Both the position numbers and the translations under genes were made by a program. The notes beneath the pieces were generated by a model. The model was not told the DNA's origin. It searched no databases and worked only from the letters and a program-made list of their open reading frames with translations. Positions 35,840 to 46,915 of a DNA stretch of 64,000 bases are shown piece after piece; within the stretch, counting starts at the first letter, position 1; each line of letters begins with the position of its first letter. This DNA is from a virus. Where the stretch lies: positions 1 to 64,000 of the IMG/VR virus record IMGVR_UViG_3300044655_002353; one strand, given 5' to 3'.

Positions 35840-37350
35840 CCTAATAAGAAAGCAACATTTCCGCCACCTACGTTGTTGCCAACTTCAAAATCGTTCATCT
35901 GTCTCATAAGTTCTGTATACATGGTTTCTGACTTCTGGAGTAACATGTCACCATTTAATGTCAATCCACCACCTGCTCCAGGTAACGTACCAAACTTAGA
36001 ACGGTTCATCCCTAACATCTCCCAGCATTTCGCTAATGCCCAGTCGCGTATCCAATTCTTAGCCCATCTATCTGTCAATAACTCTTGCTCAGAACGTTCC
36101 ATAAAGCATTCTAATACTACTTTCTCATCTTTATAGATTTTGCGAAGTATATTAAATTCTCGCTTAGCTTCATTCCATTCAAATGGCCAATCTGCTGCAA
36201 AGATTTTACCATACTCTTCTGCAAGTTGTTGAGCTAAGTGAATTGAAAGAATATCAATCTGACTTCCATAGAAAAACTGATTGTAAAAGATTTGCGAATA
36301 GATACCATTATCTCCACCCAATACATTCAAACCGATAGTGCTAACACGATGAGCTTTATAGATGTCAACTATTCTATCAGTTCCAACTGTCGGGTCATTC
36401 ATGTAATAAGCATTTTGTCCAGCTGTAACAGTAAAGAAAATATGTCTTCTTTCATATGCATTATCAGCACGTCTTCTAAACTCAGATAGTGAAATGTCGA
36501 TAGCAGTCTCAAAATTTTCTTCCTTCAATTCGACACATACTGAAGGCCAACCAAGTTGTGCTTTCAATACATTGACCAATCGAACTCGTTCGTCTAACGA
36601 ACCTGTCGTGCCGATTGGAACCTTATCATATGAAGGGGTTCCCACTTGGTCAACGTTAGCTTGTATCCATTGAACCGCATTCCATACATATAAGATATGT
36701 GTGTTTAAGTTATAGAAGAACTCACCAGCAATTGGAGAGGTTGGAAAAGCATGACCTGTTTTGACTGTACCTGCACTTGCAGGTATCCATGCAGCACCGT
36801 TCCACATTGATACAGAATTTGACACAGGGTTATAGAAGACCTGTCCAACTGTTGGATTGAGTGGAGGTGTTGTTGATTGAGGAATTGAACCAGTATATCC
36901 ATCAACATTATGTTCAGCTCGTGACCCATCTAGTGCATATGATTTTGAACCAAATGGATAGTACTGAATGACATTAGTACATATATGAATAGATGCGTAA
37001 TAGACTTCGTTAGGGTCAGCATTAGTAATAGTAACCGATTGAGTAGTAAGAGGGTCTTGAAATATCCAATAATTTGCAGATACTACTTGAGCGCCACCTA
37101 TTGTATCAGCTGCAACTAATAAGTCAGTTGAACTCGTGTAACGAACACCATCGACAGGTTGTTGAGCAACTTCTAATGGAGAGGTCGAAAGAAGAACGAC
37201 TTGACCTTTATAAGCAATGGTTGATGTTGGAATTGTCCAAGACAATTGAACTGTCGTTGGAGTAGGGCGAGTTAAGGTAAGAGTGACTGCTCGCCCTTCA
37301 GCCCAAAGTTCAGCAGTTGAAAATTCGTTATTGTCATTGATTGTTGTCAT
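35836..37350 (-). CDS. neck protein (gp13-like) with N-terminal extension
   Basis: QLGWP.V.VEL; W.RDWALA....LG..RSKF.TLPG.GG.LTLNG. Confidence 0.88.
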   Translation of the reverse strand: MTTINDNNEFSTAELWAEGRAVTLTLTRPTPTTVQLSWTIPTSTIAYKGQVVLLSTSPLEVAQQPVDGVRYTSSTDLLVAADTIGGAQVVSANYWIFQDPLTTQSVTITNADPNEVYYASIHICTNVIQYYPFGSKSYALDGSRAEHNVDGYTGSIPQSTTPPLNPTVGQVFYNPVSNSVSMWNGAAWIPASAGTVKTGHAFPTSPIAGEFFYNLNTHILYVWNAVQWIQANVDQVGTPSYDKVPIGTTGSLDERVRLVNVLKAQLGWPSVCVELKEENFETAIDISLSEFRRRADNAYERRHIFFTVTAGQNAYYMNDPTVGTDRIVDIYKAHRVSTIGLNVLGGDNGIYSQIFYNQFFYGSQIDILSIHLAQQLAEEYGKIFAADWPFEWNEAKREFNILRKIYKDEKVVLECFMERSEQELLTDRWAKNWIRDWALAKCWEMLGMNRSKFGTLPGAGGGLTLNGDMLLQKSETMYTELMRQMNDFEVGNNVGGGNVAFLLG

Positions 37351-37396
37351 ATGAGTAATATGTCCACGATAAAGTTATTGGATGATACGTATAAAC

Positions 37397-37412
37397 TATT
37401 TATCAATAAATA
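37397..37412. promoter_or_regulatory. back-to-back late promoters
   Basis: GATAAATA (-) adjoining AATAAATA (+). Confidence 0.55.
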
Positions 37413-37452
37413 ACTTATCACTATAATCTAACTTATATCGGTTTGTACTCTC

Positions 37453-38637
37453 ATGAAAATATTTGAACTCTTTTCTTCTACTAATAAAGTTATTATAGAA
37501 GAAGATAATTTCTTTGAACTTCTATTTGAAGATTTGAAGAATCTTTCTTTCATTGAACCTGATTTACTAAAGGTTCTAAAAACTTCACTTGAATATGAAA
37601 GAGGACGATATTATGGCGGAAGCGTTAATTATTCTCGTACTACTAAACATAAGTTCCCGTCGTTCTTAGGACAATATGCAAAGATAGATGAAGTTCCAAA
37701 CGCTAAAAGTGCAGCTGAACTGCATCGTCTAATTAAAGATGATGAAACTGTCAAGGGCGTAGTAATACTATTTGATGATAGACAAGTGCTATCGCTTTTG
37801 AAACTTCCACCTCATCCTGGACATGACAACAAAGAACTTTACATTTGGGCATGTTCTTGGCAAAACTTTTTCAAAGATGACCATGATTTGATGAATCAAT
37901 CTTCTGAAATTATGGCTGCCTTCAAGAAAGCGGAACTTGAAGACCTCAAAACATCTGAAGGTTCAGAAGGAAAACTATATAAAGCACTTATTGCATTAAT
38001 GAAAGGTCAAAAAGAAATTTATGGTAAAACAGGTTCAATCAAAGTAAAAGTTATCAGAAGCGATGAAGAACGAACTGCCCTAAATGCTCGACGCAAAAAA
38101 GCTCGTGAGATTGATGCTAAGTATGCTCATTTAATAACTCCGCCTAAAGAAGATTTATCTACTGAAAAAGGTATGAGAAATTGGATAAGCATGATGAAAG
38201 CTAAGTTGAACGCTCGTTTAGATACTTACAAAGAACATAAAGCTCCAGCAGCAGATACTCCAGAAGAATTTCTTGACTTAATAAAGAATGAAGGGTTCTT
38301 GGACAAAATCAAAATTAATGGTCTTCCGTACATATTGAAGTACAACCGTTTAGACTTTGATTACCTTCGTGCTAAACAAGTTGCTGAACATAATCGTAGT
38401 CACATTGAATACCAGTTAGACTCACAGAGTAATGAGTATCATAACTATTGGAAAGCATTAAGTGAATATCGCAAAAATATTAGAAACGAATACCCTAATG
38501 ATGAAGAAGCTTTAGAAGTTGCAATGGAAAAGTTTAGGGTTCCTTCCGCAATTAAAGTTTATATGAAACTTGACAAATCTTCAATCGTGGTCGATTCAAT
38601 CAACATTGAGAGCTTCAATAAATGGAATGCCAAATAA
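37453..38637 (+). CDS. hypothetical protein, possibly virion-packaged
   Basis: 394 aa; MKIFELF leader; heads array 1. Confidence 0.7.
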   Translation: MKIFELFSSTNKVIIEEDNFFELLFEDLKNLSFIEPDLLKVLKTSLEYERGRYYGGSVNYSRTTKHKFPSFLGQYAKIDEVPNAKSAAELHRLIKDDETVKGVVILFDDRQVLSLLKLPPHPGHDNKELYIWACSWQNFFKDDHDLMNQSSEIMAAFKKAELEDLKTSEGSEGKLYKALIALMKGQKEIYGKTGSIKVKVIRSDEERTALNARRKKAREIDAKYAHLITPPKEDLSTEKGMRNWISMMKAKLNARLDTYKEHKAPAADTPEEFLDLIKNEGFLDKIKINGLPYILKYNRLDFDYLRAKQVAEHNRSHIEYQLDSQSNEYHNYWKALSEYRKNIRNEYPNDEEALEVAMEKFRVPSAIKVYMKLDKSSIVVDSINIESFNKWNAK

Positions 38638-38834
38638 CAATTTCTGGTTACGAACCCTTCCTGTTCATGCCTGGTATGACCATTGAAGCAGCTATTCGTT
38701 ATAAGAATAAGTACATTCATGGCGAAATCTTGAAGCAGCTAATGGACAAGTTCAATGAAGTCAATGGCTTACGAGTTCCTAAAGCAGGTGAAAGCTTTTT
38801 GATTCCTGTAATGGAGGAAGGGCCAGGTGTCTAA
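38622..38834 (+). CDS. hypothetical protein (degenerate LysM-like)
   Basis: F.EVNG...PKAGE...IP. Confidence 0.45.
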   Translation: MECQITISGYEPFLFMPGMTIEAAIRYKNKYIHGEILKQLMDKFNEVNGLRVPKAGESFLIPVMEEGPGV

Positions 38835-39465
38835 TACTTTCAAACAATACTTACTAAAAGAAGAACGCGAATCGACTTTCTATACTAAGAAGTCTCAAAT
38901 CAATGCTTGGATGAAAGCTCATGGCATTGGTCAGGGGAATTATGAAATTCATAAAGATATGAGTATCACATGTCATTGGAGTTTATCAATTTCTGGAAGT
39001 GATTTGGTCTGGTACAAAGGGAAGCAGTGTGTATTGCCAATCAACTTTAGAGAATGTACTAAAGATGTTCATGTATTAGCAAATGATATGATTGACTTGA
39101 AAGGGGTACCAAAATTTGTGGGTGGACAGTTCAATGTAAAGGGTAAGAACATTACTTCAGTTGAATACTTACCTGAAGAAGCTGAAGATATCTATCTGCA
39201 TAATACAGGTATTATCAATTTCAAAGGTATTGAAAAAGTGGTCAAAAAAGTCTATTCAATTTCAATACCTGAAGAAACTAAAGGGTTACTAAGCTTTGTT
39301 AAGATACAAAACCTAATGAAGGTTTCGCCATTATCAACTGCTTCTGACGAACTAAAGGAAGCATGCAAAATTGTAACTAAATATTGTGAAGCAAATCGAC
39401 ATGATGCTATTGCTTGTCAACGTAAACTTATTGAAAGCGACTTGGACGAATATGCAGAGTTTTAA
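38827..39465 (+). CDS. CQRELIE-family paralog A1
   Basis: FKQYLLKE leader; conserved tail. Confidence 0.9.
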   Translation: MSNTFKQYLLKEERESTFYTKKSQINAWMKAHGIGQGNYEIHKDMSITCHWSLSISGSDLVWYKGKQCVLPINFRECTKDVHVLANDMIDLKGVPKFVGGQFNVKGKNITSVEYLPEEAEDIYLHNTGIINFKGIEKVVKKVYSISIPEETKGLLSFVKIQNLMKVSPLSTASDELKEACKIVTKYCEANRHDAIACQRKLIESDLDEYAEF

Positions 39466-40123
39466 AGAATACTTACAAGAAGTAGAAACTGATTCAAATA
39501 TTCAACTTGGGATGTTTGTTGAAACTAAAGTCAAAATTGAATATTCTCCATATTCTTTAGAATCTGAGCTTAAAAATTTGATAATAAAAGTAGCAAAAAA
39601 GAAAGGTTATGATATTTCAAGTTATCTCAGTACTACTTATGGAATTGATTTGAAGTTTAAGATAACAAAACAAATCCAGTGTCAAGCAGAAACTATTCAA
39701 AAGTTACGTGATACTATTAGTTCAACTGTGAATGAGTTTTTTACGACTAAGATTTCACCTGAATTACAAGTAAAATTTTCTACAGCTGAGTTATCTTGTT
39801 TTGGATTTCCAAATTTTAAGCTAAGTATAAATGATGGTAACATTTCATATTGGTGTGAAGAAGGTCAATCGATTTCTAACTTAGATAAAGTTATTCTAAA
39901 GTGTGATGAGTTCAGACTTTATAAAGCAAATATGATAAAAGGGGGAATACTTAGTTTGCTCAAACTAAAAATGCCAGTCAATATTATTGGCGCAGGTCCT
40001 TTTGGAAGTAATAGCCCACGATGGTATTCAATTGTCAATCCTTATTTGCAAGGCAATAGAAATGCTATTGCTTGCCAACGAGAACTCATTGAAAAAGACT
40101 TAGACGAATATGCGGAGTTTTAA
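39452..40123 (+). CDS. CQRELIE-family paralog A2
   Basis: MQSFKEYLQE; conserved tail. Confidence 0.9.
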   Translation: MQSFKEYLQEVETDSNIQLGMFVETKVKIEYSPYSLESELKNLIIKVAKKKGYDISSYLSTTYGIDLKFKITKQIQCQAETIQKLRDTISSTVNEFFTTKISPELQVKFSTAELSCFGFPNFKLSINDGNISYWCEEGQSISNLDKVILKCDEFRLYKANMIKGGILSLLKLKMPVNIIGAGPFGSNSPRWYSIVNPYLQGNRNAIACQRELIEKDLDEYAEF

Positions 40124-40796
40124 AGAATACTTAGCAGAAGGCAATGATCATTGGGTAGAACCAATTCGCCCATTGCTTCTTCAAATAAAAGTACGTGGAG
40201 ATGATTACATTTCTCCAAAGTATAATAGAGAACAGCTTTTTCAGCGAAACAATATAATTATTCGTGAATTATCTGAACTCTGTGAAAAAGCAAATCTTCC
40301 TAAAGTAAAAGAAGTCTATCATTTTGGAGTTGATAGAGTAACGTTTCATTTAGTTCTTGAACCCCATACTCATTATACTAAACCGCAACTTGATACTATA
40401 GCAACAAAGTTTATCAAGTTAGCAGATAAGTATGAAATTTATAAGAATGACTTTGAACCAGTATCTTCTGAAATGCCAGTAGTTATCTTAGAAGATAACT
40501 TTGATAAAACGACTACAGTTGAAGTCAATCACGTTATCATTGAAGAAAGTGTCAAATCCTTACAAGATATACATAAAGTCATATTATCTGCTAAACAGAT
40601 TTCTATGGGTGACTCTTCTAATATAACACAAAATGTATTAGGATTACTAAAGATAAAGAATGCTATAACATTATATGCTTCAGCTAAAGTTCAATGGTTT
40701 AACATTGTAAAGGAATATTTCGATACAGGAAAAGACTTTATAGCTTGCCAACGAAAACTAATTGAACTTGACTTGGACGATTATGCAGAGCTTTAA
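40110..40796 (+). CDS. CQRELIE-family paralog A3
   Basis: MRSFKEYLAE; conserved tail. Confidence 0.9.
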   Translation: MRSFKEYLAEGNDHWVEPIRPLLLQIKVRGDDYISPKYNREQLFQRNNIIIRELSELCEKANLPKVKEVYHFGVDRVTFHLVLEPHTHYTKPQLDTIATKFIKLADKYEIYKNDFEPVSSEMPVVILEDNFDKTTTVEVNHVIIEESVKSLQDIHKVILSAKQISMGDSSNITQNVLGLLKIKNAITLYASAKVQWFNIVKEYFDTGKDFIACQRKLIELDLDDYAEL

Positions 40797-41451
40797 GCAA
40801 TACTTATCTGAAGCTTCTAATCCGGATGATAAACAAATCCGTGAAATGATTGGAAAGTATAAGAGTGGAGAACTTGGCAGATGTAGGTTTCCGAATAAAT
40901 TTCCACGACATGCAGTTAAGAATGGAAAAATCTATTTGAAGAAACCTTTAATTATTGAGCATTGCATGTTTGATGACAATGATGAATTACTATTTCCAAT
41001 TGCAGAAGCTCTTCGATTAGTAATATGGAATGTTCCTAAGACGTTCAAGAACTTTCCTGAAATAGTTGGCGAAGGTGGTATTGAATTTTCTACAGGTAAC
41101 CAAATACAATCTCTTGATGGATTTCCATCAGATATTAGTAATAGACTTGATACATCAAGAATTAGAAACTTTGATTTTACAAATTTCAATAAGTATGTCA
41201 AAAGACTTGATGGATGGTTAATAACTAGTGCTTTATATGAAGGGCCCTTATTATCATTACTAAAAATTAGAGACTTGAAGCATGTAGGATTTATTGACCA
41301 CCATTCTGGTAAATCTCAAGATGAAGTAAAAATTAAAGTGAATTTAAGAAATGCTTGTAATATTATCAACAAATATTTACCACTTGGAAATTTTATTGAA
41401 TGCCAACGAGAACTTATTGAAAACGACCTGGACGAATACGCAGAACTATGA
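40783..41451 (+). CDS. CQRELIE-family paralog A4
   Basis: MQSFKQYLSE; conserved tail. Confidence 0.9.
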   Translation: MQSFKQYLSEASNPDDKQIREMIGKYKSGELGRCRFPNKFPRHAVKNGKIYLKKPLIIEHCMFDDNDELLFPIAEALRLVIWNVPKTFKNFPEIVGEGGIEFSTGNQIQSLDGFPSDISNRLDTSRIRNFDFTNFNKYVKRLDGWLITSALYEGPLLSLLKIRDLKHVGFIDHHSGKSQDEVKIKVNLRNACNIINKYLPLGNFIECQRELIENDLDEYAEL

Positions 41452-42125
41452 AAATCTCTGAACTACTAACTGAAGAAACTGCCGAAGATAAAGCTGTACG
41501 ACTCGAAATAAATGCGATTCGTAAAGGTAAGTATGCATCACATCCGATGCCAGTCAGCTTTGGGAAATTTAGCGTTGTTAATAGTATGGTATCAATTGAT
41601 GGACGTTGGAACTTAAAGAATACTCTTATTCCTAAAGATGGACCTGATGCCGGTAAGCTAACTTTCAAAATGATAAAGTGTGGTCAGATTGAATTGGGTG
41701 CCAATAGATTATCATCATTTGAAGGATTTCCACCAGATGTATCATTCACCGGCGATAAGATGTATGGAAGAACTGCTATCGTGACTACCTGTGCGCATCC
41801 ACTTCTAACAAAGTTAGATGGCATTTCAAAACGAATTGATGGAAACCTTGGATTAGGCTTGTGTCATAATCTTGATTGGTCTAATGCTCACAAACATTTT
41901 GAATACATAGATGGCACTTTAACAATTTCTAATCAATGGAAAGGTGGTGTCTTATGGGCATTAAAGATTCCAAAACTTCAAGCTTTGTTTTTTGGCCAAT
42001 GTTCAAGCGAACACCGAGATGTTCAAGTAATTATTAGCAAATACTTAAGGTCAGAGTCAAAAGATATTGTAGCTTGTCAACGTGAACTTATCGAAAAGGA
42101 TTTAGACGAATATGCAGAGTTTTAA
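41448..42125 (+). CDS. CQRELIE-family paralog A5
   Basis: MKISELLTE; conserved tail. Confidence 0.9.
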   Translation: MKISELLTEETAEDKAVRLEINAIRKGKYASHPMPVSFGKFSVVNSMVSIDGRWNLKNTLIPKDGPDAGKLTFKMIKCGQIELGANRLSSFEGFPPDVSFTGDKMYGRTAIVTTCAHPLLTKLDGISKRIDGNLGLGLCHNLDWSNAHKHFEYIDGTLTISNQWKGGVLWALKIPKLQALFFGQCSSEHRDVQVIISKYLRSESKDIVACQRELIEKDLDEYAEF

Positions 42126-42816
42126 AGAATTCTTATTGAAAGAAGAAATTATTAATCATGAACTTCCCACTAACGCGTACATTGATATTAGCACTGGTAT
42201 CTTTACGTCTGAGGTTGAGCAATGGATTACTGACGGTGATGGTGACGATAATCCACATATTACTTTCGAAAAATGGATAACATCTCATCTTCAAGATTAC
42301 TTTGGACATAATGAAGTTGAAGCTTTTTTCGGAGCTGATGAAATGCTTATTACATATGAACTAGATGAGACTAACTTACATGCTAATCATGTTAGAGAAA
42401 TACGTAAAAAATGCACTGAAATAGTTGATGAGCTTTTAGGAACCGATATATTTCACCGTGATGAAGACAATACATACATATCTTTTAGAGAACAACTTGG
42501 TCCAAATGTTTATACTGATTGGCCATATATCGAATTTTACTTAGATCATTCTCCTTCAATATCTCTAAAAGATATTCATAAGAAAATGCCTCATTGCAAA
42601 AAAATTATTTTCTATAATGCGATTAATAAAATAAATTCTAATGTATTAGGATTATTAAAGTTAAAAGAATTGAAGCATATTACAATTTGGCCACGTTCTC
42701 AAAAGATACCTCCTTGGTATGAAATTGTAATGAAACATTTCGACGCCGATAAAAACTTCATCGCGTGTCAACGTGAACTAATTGAAAAAGATTTAGACGA
42801 GTATGCGGAGTTATAA
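42112..42816 (+). CDS. CQRELIE-family paralog A6
   Basis: MQSFKEFLLKE; conserved tail. Confidence 0.9.
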   Translation: MQSFKEFLLKEEIINHELPTNAYIDISTGIFTSEVEQWITDGDGDDNPHITFEKWITSHLQDYFGHNEVEAFFGADEMLITYELDETNLHANHVREIRKKCTEIVDELLGTDIFHRDEDNTYISFREQLGPNVYTDWPYIEFYLDHSPSISLKDIHKKMPHCKKIIFYNAINKINSNVLGLLKLKELKHITIWPRSQKIPPWYEIVMKHFDADKNFIACQRELIEKDLDEYAEL

Positions 42817-43465
42817 CATGTCAAATGGCGCACAAAGAATTACCTATTATGTTTATTGTAAGGTTCCCGGTAACCTACCAAATTCTTCATTACCCTCGAC
42901 TTCAGAAACAATAGAAAATGCAATCGGCAATCTGTTACATAATCAATTTGAGAATAGAATAGTTTCTATAGAATACCGAGATAAAGAATTTGCTTTTAAA
43001 GTACCAATCACAAATGCAACTGAAGGTAGTACAGAAGGTATTAGTGCTTTTGACAAAAAACTGCTTGGTCTGCTAAATAACTATTACAAAGATATTATTA
43101 CTAAACCCTTGAAGTTAAAAGAACAGTTTGTAAGTATCTTTAATATCATACCCCCATTTAAAATTGAGCATCCTAAGGTGGCTCTTAACTTTACAGTAAA
43201 TGGTGGTGCTGAAGTATCTTTACATGATATTCATAAAGCTATAAATCCTAAAGATTTGGCTTTATACGTAAGTGCCGCGGTTAAAGTCACTGGGCAAGTA
43301 TTAGGATTGTTGAAAATGACAAATCTTCAAAATCTTGAATGGGCAATGAGTAATGAACCAGAATGGTTTAAGATTGTTCATAGACATTTTGAAAATAATA
43401 ACGATATTATTGAATGCCAACGCGAACTTATTATAAAGGATTTAGACGAGTATGCAGAGCTTTAA
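42803..43465 (+). CDS. CQRELIE-family paralog A7, leader degenerate
   Basis: MRSYNMS start; conserved tail. Confidence 0.85.
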   Translation: MRSYNMSNGAQRITYYVYCKVPGNLPNSSLPSTSETIENAIGNLLHNQFENRIVSIEYRDKEFAFKVPITNATEGSTEGISAFDKKLLGLLNNYYKDIITKPLKLKEQFVSIFNIIPPFKIEHPKVALNFTVNGGAEVSLHDIHKAINPKDLALYVSAAVKVTGQVLGLLKMTNLQNLEWAMSNEPEWFKIVHRHFENNNDIIECQRELIIKDLDEYAEL

Positions 43466-44120
43466 ACAATACTTACTAAAAGAAAATGAATCTCCATTTG
43501 TTTTCCCATGGCTTGTCTTAGAACTAGAGAACAAAGAAACTTTTGGCGAAGCTATGGGAAATCATAGAAATCGCGATGCTTTTGATAATGAAGTTGAAAA
43601 GTTTGTCAACGATCTTAAAAGTCATTTAGGTATGAAAGATATTGATTGGGGTTTCAATAGAGATGACAATCTACAAGTTGAAATTAAACTAAGCAATCGA
43701 CATTATGTACAAGATGAGTTAGAAGAAATAGCGACTGAAGCAGCGAATTTTTCTAATCGTGAGCTAAGCGGTGGATTGACACTAGATGAAGTCAATCCAA
43801 GTGTATGGTTCTTTGGTCCGGTCAATCCTAATACTATCATACATTATCCAGTCATAGTATTTGATTTGAAACGTAATAAAAGTATCTCACTTAGCAACTT
43901 TGACAAACATTTCCCTGATACTCAAGTGTTCAGGTTTGAACATATAGTAGGAGAAGTCACTAACGTGTTGAGTATGTTGAAGATAAAATCATTACATTCA
44001 GTATTAGGAAAAAATGAACACTGGATTGAAATACTAAATAAATATGCAAAATCCCATGACACTATTGCTGCCCAACGCGAACTAATTGAAAACGACCTGG
44101 ACGAATATGCAGAATTTTAA
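43452..44120 (+). CDS. CQRELIE-family paralog A8
   Basis: MQSFKQYLLKE; conserved tail. Confidence 0.9.
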   Translation: MQSFKQYLLKENESPFVFPWLVLELENKETFGEAMGNHRNRDAFDNEVEKFVNDLKSHLGMKDIDWGFNRDDNLQVEIKLSNRHYVQDELEEIATEAANFSNRELSGGLTLDEVNPSVWFFGPVNPNTIIHYPVIVFDLKRNKSISLSNFDKHFPDTQVFRFEHIVGEVTNVLSMLKIKSLHSVLGKNEHWIEILNKYAKSHDTIAAQRELIENDLDEYAEF

Positions 44121-44901
44121 GAACTTTATTGCTGAAGCTAAGCAAACGAACTTGGCACCTTGGCACCCAACAACTCCAGAAGCAACTAAGGAAGTACTTC
44201 ATGAGTTTTATCTTGAACATTATGGAAATAAATATTTGCCAACTACATTCGTATTCCTAAAGAATGGAAGTATTTCTGTTCGAGGAGAGCAATTCTTCGC
44301 TATTCGTGAAATCGGACCTGTTGATAATGGTGAAGTTGGACTACTTGTAAAGTATAACAATATCAATTGCCCAGGTAGAGTTAGTATAAAAGATTTCAAT
44401 ACTAGGAAATTGACTACATTAGAATATGGACCTAATAAAGTCGGAATGAGTTTAAACATACAACTTTCACAAATTACTTCATTCAAAGGATTTGCATGTG
44501 AAGTTAAAGAGGCATTGATATTGACCGATTGTCTAAAGTTGAAAGAATGGGGTCAAGGATGTCAAATTACATGTCATAGATTAGTGCTTGACTACGAATT
44601 TGACTATGAATTGTTTAGAACTATCGGACAACATTTCAAAATAGTAAATAACATAACATTGTCTAATGCCGCAGCAAAAACTTTAGTTGGAAAAGGATTA
44701 CTTAGTATATTCAAAATTAAAAAGCCTACACGAAATATGTTTGGTATTCAACTTTACTTTTCTGATAAAACTAAAGTAAACGAAGAATTAGTTGAAGCAA
44801 CTAGAATAGTCAATACATACTTAGCGTCAAACAACCCTGATATTATTGGATGCCAACGTAAACTAATAGAAAACGACTTGGACGAATATGCAGAGTTTTA
44901 A
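44107..44901 (+). CDS. CQRELIE-family paralog A9
   Basis: MQNFKNFIAE; conserved tail. Confidence 0.9.
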   Translation: MQNFKNFIAEAKQTNLAPWHPTTPEATKEVLHEFYLEHYGNKYLPTTFVFLKNGSISVRGEQFFAIREIGPVDNGEVGLLVKYNNINCPGRVSIKDFNTRKLTTLEYGPNKVGMSLNIQLSQITSFKGFACEVKEALILTDCLKLKEWGQGCQITCHRLVLDYEFDYELFRTIGQHFKIVNNITLSNAAAKTLVGKGLLSIFKIKKPTRNMFGIQLYFSDKTKVNEELVEATRIVNTYLASNNPDIIGCQRKLIENDLDEYAEF

Positions 44902-45532
44902 AGAATACTTATTAGAAAGTGCTGGACACTTACCAATTGTCAATGTACAAATTGACTTTGCTGGTCCTATTTCTGTCGGCAAACGTAAAACTCTAGTATT
45001 CCTAATTACAAAATTTATCAAGGAAGAATACAACCTTTCTAATACAATAGAGTTCACTTCTATTTTTGATTCAATAATTGTCAAAATACACGATGTTCCG
45101 CAACATCTTTTTGAAACTGTTGATTTCTTAGGTGATATACATGACATAGTTACTGACCACTTTGAACCTGTTGACGCTTACAGTCATATTGAATGTCATT
45201 GGCCACCTGCTTTCAAGATGGTCATTCAAAATCATTTGACTACTATCTATACTAACCAAGAGTCTGTTAAAGGTATCGAAAAACTAATAGAAGGTTCAAG
45301 TGCATTTCAATTGGACATTCGTTTTGAAGCACCGGCTAAATCAATTGGAATACTATCGCTTCTAAAAGTAAAAGGTTTTGATAGCATCATGATAAATGGT
45401 CCAGATGAATTACTTAGCGACCTTAAAATTGTTAATGACATTTTACATAAATACTATAATGGGAGTAAAGATACTATTGGCTTTCAACGAGAACTAATTG
45501 AACGTGACTTAGACGAATATGCAGAATTTTAA
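44888..45532 (+). CDS. CQRELIE-family paralog A10
   Basis: MQSFKEYLLE; conserved tail. Confidence 0.9.
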   Translation: MQSFKEYLLESAGHLPIVNVQIDFAGPISVGKRKTLVFLITKFIKEEYNLSNTIEFTSIFDSIIVKIHDVPQHLFETVDFLGDIHDIVTDHFEPVDAYSHIECHWPPAFKMVIQNHLTTIYTNQESVKGIEKLIEGSSAFQLDIRFEAPAKSIGILSLLKVKGFDSIMINGPDELLSDLKIVNDILHKYYNGSKDTIGFQRELIERDLDEYAEF

Positions 45533-46256
45533 ATCTTATCTTGCTGAAAAGTTAGCAACCAATTTTGCCCCTTGGCATATTACTGACCCTGAGAAAGTTC
45601 AGTACTATATGAAAAATTATGCTAATATGTCTGGATGGAAAGTGAATAAAGACGGAACTGTATCTGTCACTAAGTCGGACTATTCGCCTAATGGGGTATA
45701 TGGCGACATTGGCGGATACGGTCATGGTGAAACTGCACTCATGGTAAAGTACAGAACTGCTAAGAAGTTTGAAATAAATGTTGCAGATGGTTCAAATTTC
45801 AAATCACTTTGGGGAATTCCTGATGCATGCGACCAATTGAATATAAGTGTTCCGTCATTAGAAACATTAGAACATTGTACTCCAGTTATCAAAGATTCGT
45901 TATATCTCTATACTCCTAACTTGAAAAGTTTTGATTGTGGAAAAGTTTCGATTGCACAAGAACTAAAAATTGGAAGTATTGGGAAAGCACCGCTTAGAGA
46001 TTTACACAAACATTTTGCAGTTCCACAAATTCGTTTCTATAACACCGCTCTACACCTAATCAAACAAAAACCGCTGTTATCATTGTTGAAATGTAATGCT
46101 AAATTGACATGGGGTTCAATTATGACAATTAATGGAACGTCTCTAACTGAAGTAGTAGAAGTGTTAAAAATACTAAATAAGTATAATAGTTCTAGTATTA
46201 TACAATGTCAGCGAGAACTTATCGAAAAAGACCTAGACGAATATGCGGAGTTTTAA
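45519..46256 (+). CDS. CQRELIE-family paralog A11
   Basis: MQNFKSYLAE; conserved tail. Confidence 0.9.
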   Translation: MQNFKSYLAEKLATNFAPWHITDPEKVQYYMKNYANMSGWKVNKDGTVSVTKSDYSPNGVYGDIGGYGHGETALMVKYRTAKKFEINVADGSNFKSLWGIPDACDQLNISVPSLETLEHCTPVIKDSLYLYTPNLKSFDCGKVSIAQELKIGSIGKAPLRDLHKHFAVPQIRFYNTALHLIKQKPLLSLLKCNAKLTWGSIMTINGTSLTEVVEVLKILNKYNSSSIIQCQRELIEKDLDEYAEF

Positions 46257-46915
46257 TGAAAATAAAAGAACTATTTGAGAATGAATTACCGATGACGACA
46301 CAAGGCAGAGTTAGTAGTGGAACATATGTTGTAGACCTTTCTCTTGAAAATCTTCCATCAGAAAATCTTAGACAAAGGATAGTCAAAAACATCAAGTTTG
46401 TCTATCCTCAAGCTGAAGTTCATATTGATAAAGAAGCTATTTTGACTAAAATACCAAAGATTGTGGCATCTTATATTCATGAACTACCGGATATACATGA
46501 TGACATTATTCAAACAGTTGAAGAAACAGTTAATGATTTTAATAATAAAGATGAAGATCCTATTGCTCATGGTCAATCAGAATTAGTTTTCGATGGTGTT
46601 CCATCATTCAAAGTTATTACTGAAAGAGTAACTATCAATTGTCAAGAAAATTCCATTGGTCTTACCGGGTTAGACAAGCTCATAGGACCAGAAGTTCAAG
46701 AACTATTCATTAACGATATTCAAAAGCTGAAAGGTCATATCTTGTCATTATGCAAAATACCTATGAGCGTTGATATGTATCTCTATTCAAGATCGTCTGG
46801 AGATTTACATCATAAGATTGACGAAATGCTGATAAAGCATCGTCCTACACAGGATGTCATTGGTTTTCAACGTGAACTTATCGAAAAGGATTTAGACGAA
46901 TATGCAGAGTTTTAA
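46256..46915 (+). CDS. CQRELIE-family paralog A12
   Basis: MKIKELFE; conserved tail. Confidence 0.9.
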   Translation: MKIKELFENELPMTTQGRVSSGTYVVDLSLENLPSENLRQRIVKNIKFVYPQAEVHIDKEAILTKIPKIVASYIHELPDIHDDIIQTVEETVNDFNNKDEDPIAHGQSELVFDGVPSFKVITERVTINCQENSIGLTGLDKLIGPEVQELFINDIQKLKGHILSLCKIPMSVDMYLYSRSSGDLHHKIDEMLIKHRPTQDVIGFQRELIEKDLDEYAEF

